Origin: Schizochytrium sp. TIO01
Taxonomy: Eukaryota; Protista; Bigyra: Labyrinthulomycetes
Assembly: GCA_004764695.1 (NCBI GenBank)
Contig: SMSO01000031.1
Coordinates: 100,436 to 164,435, forward strand
Length of the DNA: 64,000 nucleotides
Reading direction: 5' to 3'
Shown here: positions 1-11,532 of the stretch, in pieces
How positions within the stretch are numbered: position 1 is the first letter of the stretch
How the letters are laid out: each line of letters begins with the position of its first letter
Program-made: the position numbers and the translations under genes
The notes under the pieces: generated by a model
The model's input: only the letters and a program-made list of their open reading frames with translations
What the model was told of the DNA's origin: nothing
Databases searched by the model: none

Positions 1-1976
1 AGTAGCAACGGGTACCTAAAAGAAATAAAAGATTTCCGTTGAAGCATTGCTATTATGTTCCTAATTAATTTAAAAAACAAAAAAAAAAAAAAGAACATAT
101 AAATAGAGGCCTCTTTATATAATATTTAAATATATTGATTTATTTATCAAAAGACAAGAGAAAAAATGGGAACAATAAAATATAAAATATAAGTATAACG
201 AGACATTTCATTCTCTATTTGTCGCTCCCTTTGACTAAACTTCTGATCTAGCTTTTGCTCAACACCATGTACCTTAGTACACTGTCTGATCAGTTCTTTT
301 TTTAGGCCCTTTTCAGCGCTTAGCCCTTTCCAACACTTTCCTGAACCTGAATCTAAATGGGAAGGAATGGAATAAGTAGATTGTTTATTATTAGGACCGC
401 TTATTCGTTTTTTTCATGTCCACAGAAAATATCGGTTCACAATGGGTGGTTCGTTTTCTTTTTCTTCTTTTTTTGAGGGGGGATGCAAACGATCAAATGT
501 TTTTGAAAATCCTGTTCCTGACAAATTACTTCGTTCCCTTTTACCACCTAGGTACTTCGTCAGCGATAGCAAAGTACTTCCTCTTCTCGTTTAATAATAA
601 TACCTAGAAACCAATCCATATACGTTTTTGCTCGGAACTATGCTTTTGTTTGTTTTTACAGATAGAGCCATTTCTCAACTCAGCTGGAGTTAATAGTATG
701 TACCCAGATCACCAAAAGAAACAAAACGAAAATACCAGCAAAACCATCTCAATTTTCTCAAAATCAAAGCCATGGTTTAGCTGTTGGGTCTACTTGATGA
801 AAACAGTTCTCCTTTTATTAAGATGTTTGCTACTCTCGTTCCTTCTCTCCCAGGTAGAAACTTAATTCATCAATACGATACAGAAAGGCCAACGATTCTT
901 TCCTAGAATAATAAAGTAATACGATTGAATGCTTTTCATTAATCAGAGATCTAGTGATCTGGGTTGAAACTAGGTACCCTGCCTACCTACCGACCAACCC
1001 AGTCAGGAGGAGCTCGGAAGTAAAAGGGTGTCCTGACTTGAGGACAAGTCCTCGTAGTAATATTTATCTTCTACTACCCAGGTACTGTCAACTTGAACCG
1101 GCTAAATTAACTTTACCACAAGTACTTGAGGCCCCATTAATTACGACCGCGTAATAAAAGGCGTTGCCTATCGTAACTCAGTCAAAGAGCTTGGGTTATG
1201 ACGTGCTTGCGCTAATGCACGTACCGAATAGCCTATAACTATATCTATACATATACACATATTTACAAGTGTGGAGCATGGAGTGTATATGGATGCAGCA
1301 AATTTCTCTTTCTCTTACTTAGATATGAGTCCAAGTTCTTAAAAAAAAAAAAAAAATTAAAAAAAGAGAGAGAAAAAAAGCGCCGCTTTGTGCTTCGTAA
1401 CCATAGTACCTACATTCTCGAGTTGTAAGACAGCAACGCATGAGAGGTTTCTTTTTGTTCGCCGACATCCTGAAAGAGTCTTTTACGTCGCAGACTTGAG
1501 CATCTAGATAGATATCTAAGATACCTGCCTACCTAGTCACATGAAAGCTTAAAACAAACCTAAGTTAGGATTAGCATGTGGATGCACACCTTCTAAGAGT
1601 GGAATCTTCATGTTATCTAATTATGGAAAACTATCCAATGCCGCACAGACAAGAGGAAGAGACCTGATCTACAGCGCTGCACATCAAGTGTCTTGCACAT
1701 TAACTGGTAACGAAAGTTCGTCCCGAAGGCATGCCTTCTTCCGCACTGGTTTATCTCGAAAGATTGAGAATCCCTAGGTAGTTCCAAGAAGTTTCAAGTT
1801 CACGTGCCATCTGAATTTCTAAAGGTAGAGTACTTCATAGAGAGCCTACTAGCGCAGAAATTGGGATGTGTGTGATGAAAAGGGCTGGGTTGGATTGGAG
1901 TACAACATGCCCCTGACTCCAAACTTGAATGGGTCTGTGCAAAGAGTTTGAGTAGGCTATCGTTTACTTTTACAAG

Positions 1977-2495
1977 ATGAAGCACGCGTGGACTAGCATG
2001 CTTGCTCTCGTATTCACCTTTGCGGCCCTGGCAAAGGGTACAAGAGGCGAGGGGCGGCATCTCAAAGCCGACTCAGAGACGTGCTGGAACGAAGTTGAGA
2101 CGCAGCTCACTACGCCAGGTTCGTGCGTCTACGCGGCCTACACATCCAGTGCAATCAGCGCAGCTAGTAGTGGCTGCTCGCAAAAAGCAGCCATGTTCAA
2201 CGCAATGTACGACTGCTCAAGCTTTGGATGTAAGCTTGTTCTCTGTGATGATTTCGATGAGTGGAAAAAGGAGGAAAATGCCGAGTCTTGCACCAATATG
2301 GAGTGTCGTTGGACACGGGCACTCTTCATTGGTCTGGTAACGGGGCTCGGGTTTGTTGCGCTTACCTTTGTTGCCTTCTTCATATCTTGCCTTTGCTCCA
2401 GAGATCGGGTGGAAACAGTCACCGTGATACAAACGGCTCAACCTGTTCAGGACAACACCAGAAGTACAATCGTCGCCCAAGAGATCAAGTCATAA
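1977..2495 (+). CDS. Small Cys-rich type I membrane protein (8-Cys family, copy 1), 172 aa
   Basis: ATG start. Signal peptide (MLALVFTFAALA), 8-Cys ectodomain with C-x12-C-x4-CKLVLCDD, TM helix (ALFIGLVTGLGFVALTFVAFFI), juxtamembrane SCLC and a short tail. Paralogous to 6105..6581. Confidence 0.8.
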   Translation: MKHAWTSMLALVFTFAALAKGTRGEGRHLKADSETCWNEVETQLTTPGSCVYAAYTSSAISAASSGCSQKAAMFNAMYDCSSFGCKLVLCDDFDEWKKEENAESCTNMECRWTRALFIGLVTGLGFVALTFVAFFISCLCSRDRVETVTVIQTAQPVQDNTRSTIVAQEIKS

Positions 2496-5400
2496 TCTAG
2501 CAAGTATAACAACCACGTTGCCTAGACATGCAATCCAAATGCAGTACGCTGCTTCTTCTCATATCGTCTTACGCATTTACAAAGCCAGCCTAAATAGGCT
2601 AGACTTTTAGTAGGTACTGTATTTATTTGCTTGTCCAGCAGCACGTTTGTCCCTAATTTGTTTTGTTTCTTCTGAATATCCCCATACGTGTTTCGATTAA
2701 AATTAAAAACCAAGTGTTACATCCTTTTCTTATCGTAAACGCTGGCAACCATAAGGACCAAATCAATTCAAAATAAGCTTAACTGGGCTGCTGACGAAAT
2801 AGTCTTTTGTTTTGATGAAATTCCATATAAATTTTGTAAAAGACCACTCATTGTACACTAACTCACGTCTATACCACCACAGCGACCTAAATAAACCCTC
2901 TCTTGTTCTAAATGGAAAAGCATTGTCTTTGTTAAACTCTTTTGCATCGACGATGCGTTCAAAGCGTGACGATTATGCTTGCAACTAGAACTTCGTCATT
3001 TGCCAGTTTGATGTGTTCTAGTTCGTCAAGCAATGTTCTATGAGGTAGTTAGCTGCTATGGTTGAGAAAGTGTGTTTATTCTGTGTAAAGCTGCAAATGC
3101 AACATATGTTTCATTCAGCAGATTTAACAGGCGAATATTGCAACATCTTTGCTGCCCCATGTAATCTCTTAGCATAATGGAGGGTGACAAAACTCGTATG
3201 CTCTTTTCACAATCTTCAGTCGACTTTTGTGAAGGAGAGAGCGAGAGGGAGGCAAATTTAGTTGAATTTTGGAATGTCGCTGTGCACGGATAGAAACTAC
3301 AACATCTCCTTACTTCATATACACGATTCTGGAACGCTGTGAAGGTGATGTTAAGAAATGGTGCAAGCCCAACTAATTTGATAAATTCATACGTCTTTAC
3401 CCATTTCAAGCTAGTGACGCGAAAGAAACAACAACAAAAAGTAAAAGTTTCATTTTGTGCGCACCACTGTTGTTGTTGACTCGCAACTCGCAACCATGTT
3501 GAATTGGGTGGCAAGAGTTAGTGAAATCAAACACAGAAAGCCCACAGATGGGCACTTGTTCATTGTAGTGTAAGGTGTTTCTGGTATACTATTCTGATAT
3601 ATATATAAAGCTATAAGCAACTTTTCACAGACACGATGCTCTGATCTGAAATAATAGGCAAGCCACCTCAAGAGAGCCACTTCAAGAGAATCAACTCGAG
3701 TCAACATTGGCAACATTGTTTCATGAAGACTAATTCCAATCCTGGCGATAAACCCGAAAAATATTGTGCTGTCATGATTTACATTGAATATGTTAAATTG
3801 GATAGAGTATGCAGGAATTAAACTTTTCTTCTACATTGGTTTTTACCAAACGAAAAGAATTGCGCAACACCTCTTCCTTGCGGTACTCTGCCTCTCTCAT
3901 CCATAGCTATGTAGGAGCACAGGAATTACTTTGTTGTTTATAGCTACTGCTATTTTCCTTTAAGTTTTATTTAGGGACAACGCTCATTAGTAATACTTAG
4001 CTATAAACCGATAACCCAGGTTCTCACTGGAAAATTATGATTGACTCTGGGAAAACCATGAGGAACGCTGTAATCTACAGCGTTTCACAGAAAACTCAGC
4101 ACCATACTATCGTAGAGGATAACTTTTCACATGACTTTTATAAAGCTCCATTTTTCGTGTGGATCTTTTCTCTCATGTTTCAAGTTGAAACCCAGAAACA
4201 AAAATCAAACATGCGTCGTCATCCTTCTGAAACCTTTCCGTCTAGTTCTTCGTTACGCTTTGGGTATTTGCTTGCGTGTTGTTGTCCGCTTGCATCATTG
4301 TCATTTGCTGTGATTTGGTAGAAGAGCCTCATTTAGTGGATTCAATAAGAGGGAAAACTGTGCTTTTCATTGACATGACCTCTGAAAGTGGGCAAACTGG
4401 GCGTGTGCCATCTGTAGGTTACATGGAACGACGGCTCGCGAACTAAGCTCATCTCCACACGAGAGCTAGGGTGTGACTTGAGTTTTACCCATCTTGATGA
4501 AAGTTGATTGTTTGAGATAGCTTTTGACTACCGAGTGAGAGTGGCGTGTGCCCTTTTGGCGCAATTTCCAGTCAGTTCTCAGAGAGTATCACGAGGAAGG
4601 TAGCATTCTGAAAGACGTGTATTTTTTAGAACTAGCAAATAGCTGGAAAACAATCTCTCTCAGTCAGTGGCTATGCAACTACAGCCTGTACTACGTACGT
4701 AGGTACTACTACTAGAGCTTGCTGGACGGGCTCTTTGCACCGATGTGCAAGTAAGGACTAGACCAAATAGGCAATGTCTAGTTCAATGGTCCACATCCAG
4801 CGCGCTAGAAGGGATCCCTCGTTCATTTTGAGGGCGTGCGCCTGTTCGCTCGGGACTCAGGTTGTGAGAGGAAAGCCAGGATGACACCCACCTCAGCTTT
4901 CGTCTGCTCTGATTGGTGCACGGTAGAGTACCATGTATTTGATCAGTAGGATCAACAGGATTGTTTTCCCATTGCTTTTTTGATCGACAAGTTAAGCCGG
5001 CTCCTTTTCTTCGTTTTTCTGAACAATTTTTTTTTTGTACTATAAGGGTGGTGCTGGTGCTGGGTTTGCAATCTTATAGTTTGGATCCCACTTTATACCG
5101 AACGCCGCAACGCTTTCATTCCAGCAGCACAAACTGGGATTCCAGCACGAACGCAATCTTGGCGACATTGACTCTGCTACGCGTTTCAATTCAAGCTTAG
5201 TACAGCCTTGACTGTCTATGAGGATGACATATGAAGTATATTAATTTTAGATATCAGGGTAGTCAAGTCATGAAGAACTTTGACGAACAGGCTCGAGGAA
5301 GAATGAATAAAAAGGCAAGCTAAATAAGGTGAAAAGGAAGTTAAAGTTTCCACAACAGCCACCGCATTTTTGAGTGGCTCGTGGGCAATATAACAATATT

Positions 5401-6104
5401 TAACAATGTTTGAGGATCTCTAGTACAACACCTTTCTATCAAAGAAAAAGCCATTAAATGCTGATGACAGCATAATGCTAGCTATAGGAAACGAAACATT
5501 TATCAATCTATGTGATTCTTTGCTATTTATATAACCGAATGTGTGAGAAGAGACTTTCGCGTCTGGATCTCAGTTTGGAAACAATATGGGCCATTCAAGC
5601 ATAAGCTGCTCACTTGTGCTTTATACACATGGTGAAACTTTACCACTACTAGTAAGGTTAAGTGCTACAAAGTAAAATGCTTGTCCAGCGTGCAGAAAAG
5701 GAGTGTTGTTCTGAAAAAACTTTATTCTTAGCAAAACGAACGAGGGATTGCTTTGCTTCGTGTTCCTCTATAACTGTTCCTGGTCAACAAGCTCACACGC
5801 TCCACGAAAAGAGCGCGTGCCTGTTATTCTTCTGCAGCTCATCAAACGACTGATGGTTTTGAAGTTTAGAACTAACCCAAGTACTATATACTAGTTTACG
5901 TAGTATTACTTTTTAGTGTAGAAACGATCCAATATACAAGTGAAGAGACGCATTGCTGGAGGAATAGTATGATATTACACATTGTTTTCAAAATGCCTCA
6001 AATGGCACCAGCAAACCCTCAACCTCAAAACAAGGAGTTTCATTCTGAAGACACAGTCTCTAGACGACTTCTTATAGTAGTAAATAGCAGAATTGAAGAA
6101 AACT

Positions 6105-6581
6105 ATGTCTTGCAAGGTTGTTCTCCTCTTTATGCTCATTGGCAGCAGTTTTGCCAGTGGGGAATTACTTGAGGTGCTGACAGATCCCATGGGCAAGCGC
6201 TCCATGTTTCGCCAGCTTGGGGATTACAGTAGCTTGACAAGCTGTCAAGAAAGCGCAGCAGAATGCTTTGAAGAGAACATGAATTATAATATTACGGGTA
6301 CTTGTGACACTGTGGATGCTGAAGTGAAGACTTATTATCAATGTTTTAATGTCAGATGCAAGCTGCACTTATGTGATGATTTGAAAGACTATGCTGCCAA
6401 AGAAGATAGTTGTGACTTGGAATTCAAGTGCTGGCTGACAACGGGTGCATTTGCTGGACTAATTGTTGGAGTTGGTGTTTTTCTCTTTATTGTTATTGGT
6501 GTCATCGTATTTTTCGTTCTACGCAGACGCCGCAATTCCGACTCTGCAGTCTCAAACCCTAAAACTATGCCAGAACTGTAA
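6105..6581 (+). CDS. Small Cys-rich type I membrane protein (8-Cys family, copy 2), 158 aa
   Basis: First ATG is at 6105 (the ORF track starts at TTG 6093). Signal peptide MSCKVVLLFMLIGSSFASG, C-x12-C-x4-CKLHLCDD, TM helix followed by the stop-transfer RRRR. Confidence 0.8.
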   Translation: MSCKVVLLFMLIGSSFASGELLEVLTDPMGKRSMFRQLGDYSSLTSCQESAAECFEENMNYNITGTCDTVDAEVKTYYQCFNVRCKLHLCDDLKDYAAKEDSCDLEFKCWLTTGAFAGLIVGVGVFLFIVIGVIVFFVLRRRRNSDSAVSNPKTMPEL

Positions 6582-8873
6582 ACTCTTTAGAAAAGCATCT
6601 TCTCTTTCCTTCCTCATTTTTTCTTTCTTTGCAGTGACTGTCTCCAATTTCAGCCTCTTACAATCGTGTAATTGCTGGCAAACTTTGTGAAGGTTTGTGT
6701 ATGGCTCCATCTAGAATTTCAACTCTTATTAGTCTATCGGCATAATCTGACTCGCTAAATATTTTACGACTGCTACGAGACCATTCACGATCAGCATTCA
6801 ATCGTACATACTTGCGAATCATTTTATTTTAATCATGGCGCTTGTTTAACATGTATATTGGTTTCAACTTGGTGTGGTTTACAAGTTTTCCTTGCAACAA
6901 AGCGGTCAACGGAAGAAGGAGCAACTCTTACATAACACATTCAAACTAGAAGCAGCGAGAAATTGGTCTTACTGCTTGAATGTTCTTCCCATTTATTGCT
7001 ATTAACATTGAAACTCGCCGGTGAATTCTACCGCAGGATAGAGCAGACCAGCCTGGAAAGTTGCAAAGTCAAGCAAACTTATTGATGCCTCCACTTACCA
7101 ACTGATCTTGTCTTTATTTTAAGAGTCCTCCATTTTCAAGGGGGGACACGAAACCACAGATACCAGATAATCAATTAGATTGGTGCAGCTTGATTTGTTT
7201 TGATTGCCCTAGTCCTCTTCTTGAACGAGCCAAGTTGTAGTTGAGCTTTTGCGCACTCGGACTTGCATGGAAGGTGTTCCCCTCTCCTAGTTCGAGAGGC
7301 TGAATGCTCCCTCAATCCTTATCTTTTAGTTTAAAAGATAGGTCAAAGCATGTTACTAACTTAGATGTGTTTTGACGACTTCGGTATATCACTCGCTACC
7401 TAATGTGTGCAACATGTGCAACATGCTATGTACACACTACTAGCATAGTAATGAAAATTGACCTGTTTTTTAAAAGAAAAAAATAGAAGGATTGATTTAG
7501 TATCTCCGACTAGTGAGAATTACATTAAATTAAAAAAAAATGTTAAAAGTATAATTTTAAAATTTAAACCATATAGAACCAAGCGGTCTTATTATGTGTG
7601 TGTTTTTTAATCAATTTTAACAAGCTGGCGTCTGTTCACGAAGTTCTTGAAGTTTCAGGGCCAAGTTTTCCACCCAGGGTGAACTTTTCGCAACCTATGT
7701 AACGATTGATTGTTCTAGCTTGAGTCTTAACCCAACTTGCTAAAATATTTCAACCCATTACCTACCGCATGTTGCGCTCTCACTAGCCAGAGGCAGCTCC
7801 TATCAAACCTTACTTACCTTTTCGGTGCGCAAATTGTTGGCCCTCAATGGCTAGTGAAAGTGCGATGTGTTTTGACTCGAGATTTTACCCAAGTAAAACT
7901 CTTGATTGGAAGGGACGGTCTCCAACCAGCGTAGAAGACTCATGCAGGTTCTCCCAGCCTCCGTCTTCACGCCCTGAGCAGATCGGAGAGCCTCGTGTAA
8001 CATAGCACGCGTTTGATCTGAATCAGCAAACAAACACCCCATTGGAGAACTTTTCACACGCAGTGGCTCTACTAATCGTAAGTAGGCCTTGTGCGTACGT
8101 ATCTGCAAGGGAATTAAAACAAACTTACTCGGTAGCCAGGCGCTACACACTGCTACTAGCTCTCTTCATTCACTTTGCTACCTACGAGGTAGCACAACTA
8201 CCCAACGAATCAGACTGCCTATCTGGGAATAAGGCTGTCCGTGCTGATAATTATGCACAACTAGCCATGCTCCTACGTCCTTCAGTAGAAGGCGCTGTAA
8301 TAAAAATATAAATGATCGCAGATGTGCAATCGATGTCCATCGAAGGCTTGAACTTGGCGCAAGGAGCTAGCCAGATACCCAAGGAAAGCAAGCAAATAAC
8401 AGGCAAACTAGAGTTGATGAGCATCGGGGCCGTCGGCGGAGGTGCGCAGACTAGAATATTTCTATTTGGGAGTTGAAAACTGGCGCTGTGGACCCTGGCC
8501 CCGGTTTCTGTGAGCGTGACGATCTCGACAGGGTGATCCGGCCGAGTTGAGACTTCAAGAACTCTTGAACGCGCTCGAGGCCTATACCCTGAAACACAGC
8601 TGCGGCATAACGCTGCAGCACAATATAGAGGTGATCTGAGTGTTACACATTTTCTTGTTGCGGTCGGCTTGCACGAGCACCGGTGAAGGAAGACACCACA
8701 AAAGGCGGCGATAGAGTGGTACTGTGCATAAACAGGCAAACGTTATTCAAATCATGCTTCTAAACAGCCTCGTCATAAAGTCATCGTTTTCTCTACGACA
8801 ATTTACACAGAAAGTACATCCCAATAGGTGCTTCCACAAAGTAGGAAGGAGATGCTCCGCAATTAGTGCTTTA

Positions 8874-9500
8874 ATGCTTCTTCTAGTACTTTTTGCGACG
8901 TTGACTCAGACCAGTGATGCACGATTACCAATTAAGCTTCGTCATTCTGAAATGGGAGATCAAGATAGTAAAAGCTTTTTTCTCAATTTACCCAAAGAAG
9001 ATAACGAAATTTCGCTTCTACATGTGGCATCCAGACGATGGCAGTATGAGAGCGAATGTTGGATTGAAGCAGAGCTTTCAATGTGCTTTGAAGACACAGA
9101 CATATCCCCTGATTCTGTTCTGTTTCACATTGATCGTAGTATGGCATTCCGTAGTTTATACTTAACCCAAATGCAACGCATGAGACATGCATACATTACA
9201 TCCCCCCCCACGATTTCGCCTGAAGCAAATGACCAAACTCGAGAATTTCTATGTGATGCATATTCAAGAGTCATCGCGTGCTCTACTGATAGATGCGCAC
9301 GGAGACTTTGTAGCTCCGTTCTCCTCAAAGAATGTCCAGGTATCGTTTGCACAATTGAAGAATCAAGGAACAGCTCTGTTATTATTTGGCTCTACGGTCT
9401 CATCATTGCAGGCATTGTTATGATAAACGTGTTCAGTATTTTCTGCACCAATGCAGAAGCTTCATCATTTGTAGTCAATAGCAGAACAAAGGGGTCATAG
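8874..9500 (+). CDS. Cys-rich type I membrane protein (8-Cys family, divergent copy 3), about 208 aa
   Basis: ATG at 8874 opens a signal peptide (MLLLVLFATLTQTSDA). CWIEAE matches CWNEVE of copy 1. C-x4-C-x4-C core (CSTDRCARRLC) and C-terminal TM (VIIWLYGLIIAGIVMINVFSIF). The start is uncertain because an upstream in-frame ATG exists. Confidence 0.65.
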   Translation: MLLLVLFATLTQTSDARLPIKLRHSEMGDQDSKSFFLNLPKEDNEISLLHVASRRWQYESECWIEAELSMCFEDTDISPDSVLFHIDRSMAFRSLYLTQMQRMRHAYITSPPTISPEANDQTREFLCDAYSRVIACSTDRCARRLCSSVLLKECPGIVCTIEESRNSSVIIWLYGLIIAGIVMINVFSIFCTNAEASSFVVNSRTKGS

Positions 9501-10334
9501 TTCGATGTCCTCATCCCTCCATTTCACTGTTTAGTTGAGAGGCTTGCCTTTGAGTTTGCTTTATTAAAGTGACTACGATGTATGCCCTATGTTTGTCTAA
9601 GTGTGAGAATTGTAGCAAAAGTGAAAGTTCTTATTAAACTCTAGTTTGTAAAATTGCAAAGTCACTATTGTTATCCTGCTATTGTGAAGTTTGCGAACTA
9701 ATGTCATTCTCGTAAACATATGTATATATATAATTATCTTTCCTCACCCAATCCCCTCTTTAGAAAGGTGTCACTGTTAAATCCTTTCCAAGCAGACGAA
9801 CAAGGAAAGTTGCTTCTGTCAAGAGCTTTACCCTTTCCAAAGAACGAGAAATAGTTTCATACACCGGCGCTAGCTTCGCTCCAGTTGCTTCTTACATCAC
9901 AAGACGACTTTTGGTAAATTGAAACCCGCTATGTTGTAGAAATTATCATCAAATGATTTCTTTAACTCTGTGAGATTCCAGCAGCATTCGTATTTTGTTT
10001 TTGAAATCGTCCTCTATACCACCCCTCTATTTAGTTTTTTTCGTTTTGTGGTTTTTTAAGTTTTAAAAATAACTTAATAGTAGTACTTACTATACACTTA
10101 TTAAATTACTAAGCCTAGTGAGTCGAGTACCAAATGAATCATAGATAGTACATTTTGCTCTTCCTCTTCTCTGAATCTATTCCATGAAAGAATGTTGTAC
10201 TGGAGGTTCCACTATTCATTGAATCCTAACTCGCACTAACCTGCTTGGCTGAGACAAACTCACCATCAAAGAACATCGAGGAGGGGGGCGGTCTGACAGT
10301 GCTCAAAGCTAATTGAAGCAACCTATCGCCGGCA

Positions 10335-11120
10335 ATGTTGAGTAGCCAGGAGAAGCATGACAATGAGGGAGACGAGAACACCAAGCTAAACGTGAGCCCA
10401 GATCTTGCCGATGCCTCACAGAGATTTTCATTTGTGGCGGATATGCAGCAGTCACAAAATCGCCAGGCTGAGGCACAACGCTCCTTAGATAGCGCGTATC
10501 TGCATCCTGAAATCCAGCTTGGAGGCGATTCCCACGAAACTCTATCAGCCAACAAACTCAGTTTCGGTAGATGGGCATTCGTGTTCTTTACAAGTCTCGT
10601 CGTTGGTGCTTTGATTGCTCTTAATGTATTTTCTATCTACATCGGTATTGACCTTTTGCGTGAAGACTGCAACCAGAACCTTGCACCGTGGGCAATAACA
10701 CAAGGATTTCTCGGTCTCTTATCCACCGCACTCGTTCTTGCCGTGTCCATCCCTGATGGTCTTGCAAAATCGTCTTCTGCACGCGCAGCCGGTCATGCTC
10801 TATTGCGTCACCGTATCCAACCCCCGTCGTTTTCAACGGGTACAATCCGCGGTGAGCGGAATCGCAGACTTGTGGGCGTCCTTGGACTAGTACAATTCAT
10901 TATGCTCTCTTGGTTTGTCGTTGGGACAGTTTGGGTCGCCCATGCAGATCGTCAATTATGTCCAAATGGGCTTTACATATTTGTCTTAGTCTATACTATC
11001 ATTGTGTGGATTTTCATCCTTGGCTTGTGCGTTCTGTCTACTTTTGTTGCTGTGTGCAAGCATCCCGGCCTGTCACGTCGTCAATCTGGTAGTGCACCAA
11101 TCCAAGTAAGTATAGATTAA
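10335..11120 (+). CDS. Four-TM protein, TMEM272-like / TM module of plant RING-H2 ligases, without a RING
   Basis: 261-aa ORF with four hydrophobic helices. Motifs C-x3-L-x2-W (CNQNLAPW), WFVVGTVWV and C-P-x2-LY (CPNGLY) resemble this fold family. Confidence 0.7.
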   Translation: MLSSQEKHDNEGDENTKLNVSPDLADASQRFSFVADMQQSQNRQAEAQRSLDSAYLHPEIQLGGDSHETLSANKLSFGRWAFVFFTSLVVGALIALNVFSIYIGIDLLREDCNQNLAPWAITQGFLGLLSTALVLAVSIPDGLAKSSSARAAGHALLRHRIQPPSFSTGTIRGERNRRLVGVLGLVQFIMLSWFVVGTVWVAHADRQLCPNGLYIFVLVYTIIVWIFILGLCVLSTFVAVCKHPGLSRRQSGSAPIQVSID

Positions 11121-11532
11121 ATATTATAGCTCAACAGGTGACGCGCCTCCAGCAGCTTTCTTGGTGTTGTCCTTATCTATCGTATAAGGATTCATGACCA
11201 TCATGATGAGCCGAGGAAAATTGCCCAAAGCATGTTTCATCTAGCTGGTCTTTAAAAAGTGTCGATGTAGCGCTCTACGCATTGTGGGCCATATGCATGG
11301 GCAGATATCCTTTACATGCTCATATTTCCGACGTCTACTCTAATGTCAAACAGAACCATCAGAACATATCTATTTTGATTAAGTCCATCTCTAATGTCGG
11401 TGGTGTGCTATGGAGAGTACCATTTTGTGATTCTTACCTTGCAATCTCTTTTGTAGCTTATAACTATTTTAGAAAAAAATAAATTTTAAAAAATTGCATT
11501 CAATCGGTGAATAGTCTACCAAACCGTTGGGC

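Noticed and set aside
1031-1060. CTGA...GAGGAC-AA-GTCCTC as a hammerhead or HDV ribozyme
   Set aside because: Lacks CUGANGA spacing and GAAA, and has no P3 pairing around TCCTCG.
1115-1140. Minus-strand AATGGGGCCTCA resembling the RNase MRP 3' conserved region
   Set aside because: No matching upstream GAAAGTCCCC partner found.
8480-8540. IVTLTET in the minus-strand ORF as a LINE endonuclease motif
   Set aside because: No other EEP motifs (GDFN, SDH) and no reverse transcriptase nearby.
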